64,000 bases of DNA from contig OZ241863.1 in NCBI GenBank assembly GCA_965203055.1, positions 2,304,001 to 2,368,000 on the forward strand, written 5' to 3'. Of the stretch, positions 8,568-18,728 are shown in pieces. This stretch comes from Spirochaetia bacterium (GTDB taxonomy: Bacteria > Spirochaetota > Spirochaetia > SZUA-6 > Bin103). A model generated the notes under the pieces. The model did no database searches, was not told where the DNA came from, and was given only the letters and a program-made list of their open reading frames with translations. The position numbers were made by a program, and so were the translations under genes. Every line of letters starts with the position of its first letter. The stretch's first letter is position 1.

Positions 8568-10217
8568 ATGGAACGCGTCGCGCCCCGTTCGCCCGTCCTG
8601 CTCAGCGCCGAGCAGGTCCGCCAGTTCATCGCCGACGGCTATCTCGTGCTGCAGCCGTCGTTGCCGGCCAACCTGCACCGCGCCATCTGCCGGCGGCTTG
8701 CGGCGGCGATTCCGGCGGACGACAATCCCGGCAACAACATCCTGCCGCTGGTGCCGGAGATGCGCCACGTGCTGGAGGCGCCGGAAGTGCGCGGCGCCCT
8801 GCTCAGCCTGCTCGGTCCCGGCTACTTCGAGCATCCGCACCGCTATTGCCACATCGAAGCGCCGCAGTCCTCCGACGGCCTCGACTACCCCGCCAAGCTG
8901 GCCGCCAACAGCCACCAGGACGCCTACACGCCGCTCGACCGCCCGCGCCACCACCTGCTCCGCTACCTGCGGCTCATGTACTACCCGCAGGACACGCCGC
9001 AGGAGCTGGGCCCGACTCACGTCATTCCCGGCACTCAATTCAACGCCGGGCTGAACGACGCCGAGCGCGCGCGGCCGCTGCCGGTGCGCGGCGGCGCCGG
9101 CACGGTGAGTCTGACCCACTTCGACGTGGGACATGCCGCCGGGGTCAACTTCGGCGCGCAACGGCGCTTCATGGTGAAGTTCATCTTCATGCGCGCCGCG
9201 GCGCCGCAGGCCAACGGCTGGGCGGGGCCGGAGTGGGCCTGGACCCGCCCGGAGCAGAGCGCCGCGCCGGAGCGGCTGGAGCTCGCCTGGGCGCACCTCT
9301 GGGACTGGCTGCGCGGCGCGGAGCGGTACGCCAGCCTGAAGTCCGGAGCGCTGACCAACGGCGCGCAGGCCGATGTTGCCGGCCTGAGCGTGGCCGAGCT
9401 GAGCGCGCGTCTGGCCGCCGAGGCCGACAGTGCCTCGCGGATAGCGGCCGCGCATGCCCTGGCCGCCCGCGGCGCCGCGGCCGAGACGGCGGTACCGGCC
9501 CTGACCGCGGCCCTCAACCGCGATCCCGACCCGGTGCGCGTCGCCGCGACCTACGCTCTCGGAGCGATCGGCGCGCCGGCGGTGGAGCCGCTGGCCGCCC
9601 TGCTGCGCGGCTCCGGCGCCGCCCTGCCCCACCTGCTGCGCGGGTTCGGCCGCCGCAACTCCGGCGCGCTGCTCATGGACGACGCCGGATACGCGCTGGC
9701 GGCGGTCGGCGCGCCGGCGCTTCCGGCCCTGGTCGAGTTGCTGCGGGACGACAGCGAGTGGGCGCGCGTCAACGCCGCCTTCGCCCTCGGCGAGATGGAC
9801 GCCGCCGCCCGGGACGCGGTGCCCGCGCTGGTGGACGCGCTGGAGGATGAATCGCAGTACGTAGTGCGCGCCGCCGCGGACGCGCTGGGGGCGGTGGGCG
9901 CTGCCGAGGCCGCGGCTTCCCTCGGCGCCCTGCTGCACGCCGAACGTCCCGGCTGGGACGCGGTCCAGCAGCGCGGCTGGTGCATCCGCGACCAGGTGCG
10001 GGTCAACGCGGCCACCGCGCTCGCGCGCCTCGGACCGGGCGCCGCCGCCGCCGAGGCCGACCTGATCGCCGCGCTCGACGACCCCTGCGGCCAGGTTACG
10101 ACCTTCGTGCTGACCGCGCTGCGCCGCCTCGGCACGCCCGCGGCCATGGACGCCGCCCTCGCCATGCTCAACGCCCAACGCTGGGACCCCTCCCTCAATG
10201 CCCCCCACCGCTTCTGA
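8568..10217 (+). CDS. PhyH-like Fe(II)/2-oxoglutarate dioxygenase fused to HEAT/PBS-lyase repeats
   Basis: LSAEQVRQFIADGYL, HQD, YYPQD...GPT..IPGT, distal His; C-terminal repeats of VPAL..AL.D....VR..AA.ALG. Confidence 0.88.
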   Translation: MERVAPRSPVLLSAEQVRQFIADGYLVLQPSLPANLHRAICRRLAAAIPADDNPGNNILPLVPEMRHVLEAPEVRGALLSLLGPGYFEHPHRYCHIEAPQSSDGLDYPAKLAANSHQDAYTPLDRPRHHLLRYLRLMYYPQDTPQELGPTHVIPGTQFNAGLNDAERARPLPVRGGAGTVSLTHFDVGHAAGVNFGAQRRFMVKFIFMRAAAPQANGWAGPEWAWTRPEQSAAPERLELAWAHLWDWLRGAERYASLKSGALTNGAQADVAGLSVAELSARLAAEADSASRIAAAHALAARGAAAETAVPALTAALNRDPDPVRVAATYALGAIGAPAVEPLAALLRGSGAALPHLLRGFGRRNSGALLMDDAGYALAAVGAPALPALVELLRDDSEWARVNAAFALGEMDAAARDAVPALVDALEDESQYVVRAAADALGAVGAAEAAASLGALLHAERPGWDAVQQRGWCIRDQVRVNAATALARLGPGAAAAEADLIAALDDPCGQVTTFVLTALRRLGTPAAMDAALAMLNAQRWDPSLNAPHRF

Positions 10218-10369
10218 CCGGAGCCGGGCCCCTTACGCCGCAGTTATGGTTTTTTGGCGTCGGCAGTTGACGAAAATTGCATGGAAGTGTATCCTCTCCT
10301 TCATTACTACCCATCAAGTTCGCCCCTCGATATTTGCAAGGGGTTCAGGCGGCTTGATCAATACCACCC

Positions 10370-10394
10370 CAGGGACGCCCTTGTGGCGTCCCTG
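10370..10394. repeat. Perfect 10-bp hairpin (REP-like or terminator)
   Basis: CAGGGACGCC-cttgt-GGCGTCCCTG followed by CATTTT. Confidence 0.55.
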
Positions 10395-10525
10395 CATTTT
10401 GCACCATGGACCTGCCCACTTCCGAGCACCGTGTCCGCGTACGAGTATTCGTCGACTTCTGGAACTTCCAAGCAATGCTGTCTTCCAATTTGCTGCTATG
10501 TGCGGTATCATCGGCGGAGGTGCAA

Positions 10526-10792
10526 ATGAAAATAAAACCATGGAAACAAGCGACTGAGGATGCAATTGTCCGTATCTGTCGTAGAACAGGTACGAAGATA
10601 TTCGACTTCAGTAGCCTTGTCAGGCAAGAGCTACCCCAGATTGTCAAGGAGACCCAGACAAAAGGAAAGACACCGGAAAAGTCGCTATCGAAGTATCTGC
10701 AGGACTTGAAAGGAAGGAAAATAGAGTTTGTCGATCATCAAGGCACGTACAAGTTGATAGACGATGATCTCGTGGCGAGATGTTCCAGATGA
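10526..10792 (+). CDS. Small winged-helix protein resembling DpnI-type/HNH-associated wH domains (88 aa)
   Basis: GGAGG RBS then ATG 10526; G.TPEKSLSKYLQDL...IEF...GTY pattern; AT-rich. Confidence 0.55.
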   Translation: MKIKPWKQATEDAIVRICRRTGTKIFDFSSLVRQELPQIVKETQTKGKTPEKSLSKYLQDLKGRKIEFVDHQGTYKLIDDDLVARCSR

Positions 10793-10944
10793 GCCTCAGG
10801 TGATGGGCCGGGCCGCTGGTGTGGATTCTTTATGATGAGGCGCTACTTCCCGCAGCCGATTATGGCGTGCCGCATACGCGGGGTAGACGGGCGGCGGGGC
10901 AGCGTGTAAGGTGATCTAACCAACCGGACCACCTCACCTCAGGT

Positions 10945-11075
10945 AGCGGCCGGAACGGCCGGCGGTAGCTTTCGACATTGAGTTCGAAGATGGTCGCGCG
11001 ATGCACCAGCCGATCGACCGCCGACCGGGTCATGGTGGGTCGGGGAAGATGGTGTCCCACTTGCCGAACGGCGCG
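10945..11075 (-). pseudogene. istB: IS21-family IstB ATPase C-terminal remnant (frameshifted)
   Basis: PFGKWD.IF..PTMT..AVDRLVHRATIFELNVESYRR. Confidence 0.85.
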
Positions 11076-11108
11076 CCCGCCGTGGGGGGACGCCCGGCGC
11101 GGCGGGGA

Positions 11109-11420
11109 CTATTGGCGGGGCGCGGTCTGCTCCGTGCCGTTGGCGTCGCGTTTGAGGGTGCGGTAGGTGGACTCGTCGATGCCGGTGGCGGAGTGGATTA
11201 CCGGCCACCCGATCCCGGCGCGCAGGAGCCCGTCGATGGTCTCCAGCCGGCCCTCCTGACGGCCTTCCAACCGGCCTTTCAACTCGCCCGCCTGTTGGCC
11301 TTCCTGCCGGCCCTTCAACTCACCTTCCTGGCGCCCTTTCAACTCGCCTTCCTGTTGGCCTTGCAACCGGCCTTCTTGGCGGAGCTCAGCTTCCCAGCGA
11401 TCGATCTTCTCTAACAGCAT
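11109..11420 (-). CDS. Putative intragenic small Rpn (RpnS-like antitoxin), 103 aa, in frame within rpn
   Basis: GAGGAGG (11429-11435) 8 nt upstream of in-frame ATG 11420 (MLLEKIDRWE...). Confidence 0.65.
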   Translation of the reverse strand: MLLEKIDRWEAELRQEGRLQGQQEGELKGRQEGELKGRQEGQQAGELKGRLEGRQEGRLETIDGLLRAGIGWPVIHSATGIDESTYRTLKRDANGTEQTAPRQ

Positions 11421-12143
11421 TGCGCTTGCCTCCTCGTAGTCGCGAATCGACGGCAACTCCATGTCCCACTTCTGGCCCAGGGCGTCCAGCCACAGGTCGA
11501 AACTCTTCGTCAGTTCCGGCTCGTCCTCGGCGGCGAGCCACTGCCCCAACTCCCGCACCCGCTCCGCCAGCTCCCCAGCGCGCAGGCTGCGCTCCACTTC
11601 CGCCATCCAGGTTATCAGGTTCGGGCGCGGCAGGTCTTCCGCTGCCATCGCTACCAGATCAACCACGTCATAGCTCAGCGCGAGCTGCGCCGGGCCGTCG
11701 TGTTCCAGACTCGTCGGCACCAACTCCGCCAGCGACTGCGGCGCGTCCCACCGGGTGGCGCCGTTGTACAGCACGACGTGCAGCACCTGGTCGACGGTGT
11801 CGCCCTTGCGCCATCGGTGGTCGCGGTACTTCCGCTGGTACATCAGGCTGCTGTAGTTCAGGAACCGCATCGGCATCGAGTGGTCCACCGACGACTGATG
11901 CTCGATCAGCACCTGGATGGTCTGCGCGCTGCCGTCGGCGGCGCGGCGGTCGATCGACCAGACGACGTCGCTGAGCCGCCGGCGCAGGTAGTCGGTGACG
12001 TACTCGGCCGGACCTTCGCGCAGCGAGTCGAAGATGAGCGAGTCAGCCCAACCGGGAGGGCGCAGGCGGGCGATGAAGCCGAGGATCAGGTCCTTGACGG
12101 TGCGCCGGTGGTCGAGCAGGCGCTTGTACGATTCGTCGTTCAT
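11109..12143 (-). CDS. Rpn/YhgA-like recombination-promoting PD-(D/E)XK nuclease (Transposase_31 family)
   Basis: D.SYKRLL, RR.SDVVW, VLIEHQSSVDHSMPMRFLNY, VVLYNG..RW; C-terminal (xxEG)n repeats; ATG 12143. Confidence 0.9.
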   Translation of the reverse strand: MNDESYKRLLDHRRTVKDLILGFIARLRPPGWADSLIFDSLREGPAEYVTDYLRRRLSDVVWSIDRRAADGSAQTIQVLIEHQSSVDHSMPMRFLNYSSLMYQRKYRDHRWRKGDTVDQVLHVVLYNGATRWDAPQSLAELVPTSLEHDGPAQLALSYDVVDLVAMAAEDLPRPNLITWMAEVERSLRAGELAERVRELGQWLAAEDEPELTKSFDLWLDALGQKWDMELPSIRDYEEASAMLLEKIDRWEAELRQEGRLQGQQEGELKGRQEGELKGRQEGQQAGELKGRLEGRQEGRLETIDGLLRAGIGWPVIHSATGIDESTYRTLKRDANGTEQTAPRQ

Positions 12144-12309
12144 GGAGTCTCCGTCGATGGCGGCGCCGTGCCGGCCGCGGCCGGGGAGCCGGGTAGTGCA
12201 GCGGCGGTGCCATTCTCTGACCCTACAACGGCGCCGCGTCGGCCGCGCTTGCATTTGGCGGCGCGGCGCGTTCGCCGTGGTGGACGCGCCTCCGGCCCGG
12301 CGGCACGGA

Positions 12310-12520
12310 CTACTGGCGGGGCGCGGTCTGCTCCGTGCCGTGGGCGGCGTGGCGTTTGAGGGTGCGGCAGGTGGGCTCGTCGATGCCGGTGGCGGAGTGG
12401 ATCACCGGCCACTCGATCCCGGCCCGCAGGAGCCCGTCGATGGTCTCCAGCCGGCCGTCCTTGCCGGCCCTTCGACTCGCTCTTCCAGCCGGCCTTCAAC
12501 GCCTTCGCGGCCCCTCCGAT
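12310..12520 (-). pseudogene. Degenerate rpn 3'-end fragment
   Basis: Near-copy of 11109-11300 (GRLETIDGLLRAGI.WPVIHSATGIDE) with indels. Confidence 0.8.
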
Positions 12521-12580
12521 CCTCCTCTGTCGGAGACAGCCGCCCTGCTCGCGCATTCTCACCTTGATTGTCGCTGAACA

Positions 12581-12790
12581 AGCGTGCGTAGCTTCCTGGA
12601 CAGCAACGTGCTGGCCTACCGACGATGTCGGCGACAGAGCGAGGCAGGCGAAGGCGTTGGCGCTGTACCAGACCTGCCGGGAGCAGCGGCAGCGGCGTGA
12701 TCTCGATGCAGGTCCTGCAGGAGTATTTCGTGACCGCGACTCGCAAGCTCGGTGTGGCCACCGTAGTGGCGAGGCGCAAGTGGAGCTGAG
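12581..12790 (+). pseudogene. vapC: Degenerate copy of vapC 5' half
   Basis: Near-identical to 13205-13413 with several small deletions. Confidence 0.85.
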
Positions 12791-12837
12791 GCGCTTAAGG
12801 AACTTGCGGATCCCGACGAATCAATAGCTGGCGCGTT

Positions 12838-12939
12838 GGCGAGCCCGGCGGTCAGGTGTGGTGGTGGCCGGGGCCGGCCAGGCGGGCGGGCGGAGCGCTG
12901 GTCGATTCCGGCGCAGGCGGCTTGTACTAGGCCGCTACC
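12838..12939. repeat. Diverged duplicate of ureG 3' end (partner 14788-14893)
   Basis: ggtcaggtgtggtggtggccggggccggcc...gtcgattccggcgcaggcggcttg shared by both copies. Confidence 0.9.
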
Positions 12940-12952
12940 CGTTCGCCGCGGG

Positions 12953-12987
12953 TGGACGCGGGATACGTGTGCACATATACTGTGCGC
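12953..12987 (+). promoter_or_regulatory. vapBC promoter (TGGACG-17-TATACT) with overlapping operator palindrome, leaderless start
   Basis: GCACA-tatac-TGTGC inverted repeat over the -10; ATG 6 nt after the -10 with no SD. Confidence 0.65.
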
Positions 12988-13215
12988 ATGAATCTTACGC
13001 TTTCACTGGACGACAAGGTGGTGGCCGAGGCTCGAAAGTCGGCCGCGGCACTCGGGTTGAGTCTCAATCAGGCGGTGCGGGATTACTTGACAAGCCTCGC
13101 GGGCCGAAGCTCCGCCGACGATGAAATCGCCGAAGTCCGACGCCTCTCCGAGCTGGCGTGCGGCGACCGCGCCGGCTGGCGCTTCGACCGCGACGAGCTG
13201 CATCAGCGTGCGTAG
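12988..13215 (+). CDS. vapB: RHH-type antitoxin (VapB, DUF6364-like)
   Basis: MNLTLSLDD.VV..AR..A...G.SLNQ.VRDYL...WRFDRDELH.R; overlaps PIN gene start. Confidence 0.85.
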   Translation: MNLTLSLDDKVVAEARKSAAALGLSLNQAVRDYLTSLAGRSSADDEIAEVRRLSELACGDRAGWRFDRDELHQRA

Positions 13216-13579
13216 CTTCCTGGACAGCAACGTGCTGGCCTACACCGACGATGCCGGCGACAGAGCGAAGCAAGCGAAGGCGTTGGAGCTGTACCAGACC
13301 TGCCGCAGCAGCGGCAGCGGCGTGATCTCGATGCAGGTCCTGCAAGAGTATTTCGTGACCGCGACTCGCAAGCTCGGTGTGGCCACCGCAGTGGCGAGGC
13401 GCAAAGTGGAGCTGTTCGCGAAGATGGATGTCGTGATTCCGCAGACCGAAGACATCCTGGCGGCCATCGATCTGGTGCGCCTGCACTCGGTGTCGTTCTG
13501 GGACGCACTGATTGTGCGCGCCGCGCAGGTGTCACGATGTTCGGTACTCTACTCGGATGTAGCGCGACAATCAGGATGA
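13208..13579 (+). pseudogene. vapC: PIN-domain toxin VapC, C-terminus replaced by IS21 end
   Basis: FLDSNVLAY, S.QVLQE, SFWDALI..AA....C.VLYS; expected SED...NPF tail absent, IS end starts at 13558. Confidence 0.82.
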
Positions 13580-13900
13580 GAACCAAGCGACAATCAAGGT
13601 GAGAAAATCGGGGTCGCAACGACCGGGACGATGCCACAAGCGGGCGTGGTGAGCACGAGAAGCGGCGGCGCGGGAGCCGCCGTCGGGGTCGCGATAGAAC
13701 GGTGAGATCGGCGCCGGTCGGGAGGGCGTGATGGCGCTTGCGAACGGCTGGCGGGCGGCGGGAGGGTAGCGGCCGGAGCAACGGCTTTCGACGTTGAGTT
13801 CGAAGATGGTCGCGCGATGCACCAGCCGATCGACCGCCGCCAGGGTCATGGTGGGGTCAGGGAAGATGATGTCCCACTTGCCGAACGGCGCGCCCGCCGT
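13558..13900 (-). mobile_element. IS21-family right end plus istB remnant
   Basis: Terminal TGT at 13558, tandem 19-bp repeats GCGACAATCAGGATGAGAA (13564-13582) and GCGACAATCAAGGTGAGAA (13587-13605); istB tail PFGKWDIIFPDPTMTLAAVDRLVHRATIFELNVES at ~13785-13890. Confidence 0.8.
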
Positions 13901-13926
13901 GGGGGGGACGCCCGGCGCGGCGGGGA

Positions 13927-14790
13927 CTATTGGCGGGGCGCGGTCTGCTCCGTGCCGTTGGCGTCGCGTTTGAGGGTGCGGTAGGTGGACTCGTCGATGC
14001 CGGTGGCGGAGTGGATTACCGGCCACCCGATCCCGGCCCGCAGGAGCCCGTCGATGGTCTCCAGCCGGCCTTCCTGCCGGCCCTTCAACTCACCTTCCTG
14101 GCGCCCTTTCAACTCGCCTTCCTGTTGGCCTTGCAACCGGCCTTCTTGGCGGAGCTCAGCTTCCCAGCGATCGATCTTCTCTAACAGCATTGCGCTTGCC
14201 TCCTCGTAGTCGCGAACCGACGGCAACTCCATGTTCCACTTCTGGCCCAGGGCTCCCAGCCACAGGTCGAAACTCTTCGTCAGTTCCGGCTCGTCCTCGG
14301 CGGCGAGCCACTGTCCCAACTCCCGCACCCGCTCCGCCAGCTCCCCGGCGCGCCGGCTGCGCTCCACTTCCGCCACCCACGTTATCAGGTTTCGGGCGCG
14401 GCAAGTCTTCCGCTGCCAGCGCTACCAGATCAACCACGTCATAGCTCAGCGCGAGATGCGCAGGGCCGTCGTGTTCCGCACTCGCCGGCACCAGCCCCGC
14501 CAGCGACTGCGGCGCGTCCCAGCGGGTGGCGCCGTTGTACAGCACCACGTGCAGCACCTGGTCGACGGTGTCGCCCTTGCGCCACCGGCGGTCGCGGTAC
14601 TTCCGCTGATACATCAGGCTGCCGTAGTTCAGGAACCGTAGCGGCATCGAGCGGTCCACCGAGGACTGATGCTCGATCAGCACCTGGATGGTCCGCACGT
14701 TGCCGTCGGCGGCGCGGCGGTCGATCGACCAGACGACATCGCTGAGCCGCCGGGGCAGGCCGGCGGACGGCGCTTGATGAGCGAGTCGGC
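13927..14790 (-). pseudogene. Second rpn copy, 5'-truncated and frameshifted (~14391); internal small ORF 13927-14190 intact
   Basis: Near-identical to 11109-11990; extra T in gttatcaggtttcggg; GAGGAGG-8-ATG retained at 14190. Confidence 0.88.
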
Positions 14791-14802
14791 GAGCCCCGGT
14801 GG

Positions 14803-15528
14803 TCAGGTGTGGTGGTGGCCGGGGCCGGCCCAGGCGGGGCGGGCGGAGCGCCGGTCGATTCCGGCGCAGGCGGCTTGCACCCAGGCCGCTACCTGGTCGA
14901 CGCCGGCGCCCGCCTTCAGGTTGGTCATGAGGAACGGCAGGAGGCCGCGCGCGGCGCGGACGTCGGCGGCCATGCGCTCCAGGTCCACCTCGACGTAGGG
15001 CGCCAGGTCCACCTTGTTGACCACCAGCAGGTCGCTGCGGGTGATTCCCAGGCCGCCCTTGCGGGGTATGTCGCCGCCCTGCGCCACGTCAATGACGTAG
15101 ATCTGGTAGTCCACCAGGTCGGGGCTGAAGCTGGCCGCCAAGTTGTCGCCGCCGCTCTCGATGAACGCCATGCCGGCGTCGTCGAACCGCTCCAGGAGCA
15201 GTTCCAGGGCGTCGACGTTCAGGGAAATGTCGTCGCGCACCGCGGCGTGCGGGCAGCCGCCGGTCTCCACGCCCACGATGCGCCCCGCGGCCAGCGCGCC
15301 GGCGCGAATCAGGAAATCGGCGTCCTCGCGGGAGTAGATGTCGTTGGTGACGGCGACGATGGAGTGCGCGCCGGCCAGCGCCTGGCAGAGGCGCAGCAGC
15401 AGGTGGCTCTTGCCGGCGCCGACCGGGCCGCCGATGCCGAAGCGCACCGCCCCGGCGCGGCGGCCGTGGGGGAGATGGTGGCCGCGGGGATCGTGCATGA
15501 GGTCGTTCGTTGCCGTTGCCATGGTCAT
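14803..15528 (-). CDS. ureG: Urease accessory GTPase UreG
   Basis: GGPVGAGKS, NDIY, VETGGCPH, ESGGDNL, NKVDL; AGGAG RBS. Confidence 0.96.
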   Translation of the reverse strand: MTMATATNDLMHDPRGHHLPHGRRAGAVRFGIGGPVGAGKSHLLLRLCQALAGAHSIVAVTNDIYSREDADFLIRAGALAAGRIVGVETGGCPHAAVRDDISLNVDALELLLERFDDAGMAFIESGGDNLAASFSPDLVDYQIYVIDVAQGGDIPRKGGLGITRSDLLVVNKVDLAPYVEVDLERMAADVRAARGLLPFLMTNLKAGAGVDQVAAWVQAACAGIDRRSARPAWAGPGHHHT

Positions 15529-15539
15529 GGTCAAGCTCC

Positions 15540-16253
15540 TCAACTGCGGAAGTAGCGCGCTTCGAGCTGGCCGTGGCCGAGCACGGCCAGGTCCCAGCCG
15601 GGGGTGACGGCGGCCAGCGGGCCGCGCGCGCGCGCGGCGCCGCGCGCCAGCTCGGCGATCTCGTCCAGCAGGCCGCCGGCCACCGCCAGCGCCTCGCTCT
15701 GACCGATCGGCACGGTGCGCAGCGCCACCTGGGTCCACTGGCGCGCGGCGTTGAGCAGGTAGGCCTGCGCCAGCGCGCCGGCGTCGATCTTCAGCTCCGC
15801 GCCCAGGAATCCCCACACCACCGGCTGCTGCAGCCGCGGCGCGCCGCCGCGCGCGGCCTGCCGCGCCGCGGCGTAGCGCGGGCTTGAGCGCAGGCCGGCG
15901 AACGCCGCGCCGGCCGCGGTCAACAGCGAACGCCCCAGTTGGCCGCCGGCCGCGCGCGCCTCGCCCGACGGCAGGAAGCTGGCCACCTCGTCGCTGAGCC
16001 GCGCCAGCCGGCGCGCCACGTGCTCCGCCGCGCCCTCCCCCGCCGCCTGCGCGGCCCGCACCACCGCGCGGCCCTCCAGCGGCGCCACGCCGTAACGCAG
16101 CGCGTCGCCGATCCAGGCGCTCAGGCTGGCGGCGCCGGTCACCCAGCCGTGCCGGATCGCCCACTCCAACCCCCAGGAGTGGGCGAACGCGCCGGTCGGA
16201 AACGCGCTGTCCGCCAGCAGCAGCAGACGGCTCAGCTCCCGCTCCTCCCGCAA
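15540..16253 (-). CDS. ureF: Urease accessory protein UreF
   Basis: LADSAFPTGAFAHSWGLE ... H..LEARYFRS; start uncertain (TTG 16253). Confidence 0.93.
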   Translation of the reverse strand: MREERELSRLLLLADSAFPTGAFAHSWGLEWAIRHGWVTGAASLSAWIGDALRYGVAPLEGRAVVRAAQAAGEGAAEHVARRLARLSDEVASFLPSGEARAAGGQLGRSLLTAAGAAFAGLRSSPRYAAARQAARGGAPRLQQPVVWGFLGAELKIDAGALAQAYLLNAARQWTQVALRTVPIGQSEALAVAGGLLDEIAELARGAARARGPLAAVTPGWDLAVLGHGQLEARYFRS

Positions 16254-16267
16254 CGGCCGCGCCCTAC

Positions 16268-17999
<1,732 letters not shown>

Positions 18000-18007
<8 letters not shown>

Positions 18008-18392
18008 CGCCGAACCCCCGCTCGCGGACCGCGCGCAAGGCCGCGGCCCGCACCGCTTCGTCATCCAGGGCGCCTTCCACCAGACCGTTGAGGCCGTGGC
18101 ACACGCGCTCGCCGCCGAACGCCACCAGCGTCACCGTGTGGCGCTGGCCCGGTTCGAAGCGCACCGCGGTGCCGGCCGGAATCGCGAGCTTCATGCCGTA
18201 GGCGCGGGCGCGCTCGAACTCCAGCGCGCGGTTGACCTCGAAGAAGTGGAAGTGGCTGCCCACCTGGATCGGGCGGTCGCCGGTGTTGGCGACCTGCAGC
18301 CGCGCCGCCGGCCGCTGCGGCAGGCTGCGCCAGCCGGCGCGCGCGGTCCAGAGCTGGCCGGGAGCCCAGTCGTCGCCGGTGTCGTAGTTCAT
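18000..18392 (-). CDS. ureB: Urease subunit beta
   Basis: [33 protein letters not shown]. Confidence 0.98.
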
Positions 18393-18399
18393 CGTTGCC

Positions 18400-18699
18400 T
18401 CACTGAATCGGATGATGCAGGGTCACCAGCTTGGTCCCATCCGGGAAGGTGGCTTCGACCTGCACGCTGGGAAGCATTGCCGGAATCCCGCTCATCACCT
18501 GGTCGGCGGAGAGAATGCCGGGCCCCAGCTCGACGATGTCCGCCAGCGACCGGCCCTCGCGCGCCCACTCCATGATCTGCGCGGCGATCAGCGCGGTGGC
18601 CTCCGGGTAGTTGAGCTTGACGCCGCGCGCCAGGCGGTCGCGCGCCACCATCGCGGCCACCGCCAGCAGCAGCTTCTCCCGTTCGTGGGGGGTAAACAT
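18400..18699 (-). CDS. ureA: Urease subunit gamma
   Basis: [38 protein letters not shown]. Confidence 0.98.
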   Translation of the reverse strand: MFTPHEREKLLLAVAAMVARDRLARGVKLNYPEATALIAAQIMEWAREGRSLADIVELGPGILSADQVMSGIPAMLPSVQVEATFPDGTKLVTLHHPIQ

Positions 18700-18728
18700 C
18701 TTCTAGGCGCGCTCCGTCATGGCGCCCA

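Larger units (their letters stand above)
10905..12580 (-). mobile_element. Putative non-autonomous IS21-derived element carrying an rpn gene
   Basis: TGT at 10905 and ACA at 12580, AGCG on both outer flanks, istB remnant inside, 19-bp IS-end repeat at 12556-12574. Confidence 0.5.

Noticed and set aside
10225..10330. Possible IS terminal fragment (CCCTTACGCCGCAGTT...) at the GC drop
   Set aside because: No partner repeat or transposase motif found; cannot support by eye
11240..11385. 12/24-bp periodic repeats resembling a CRISPR or VNTR array
   Set aside because: They are the in-frame (xxEG)n coding repeats of Rpn; no unique spacers and no cas genes
13564..13605. 19-bp direct repeats as mini-CRISPR or iterons
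   Set aside because: Only 4 nt apart and next to a terminal TGT and istB, so better explained as IS21 transposase-binding sites
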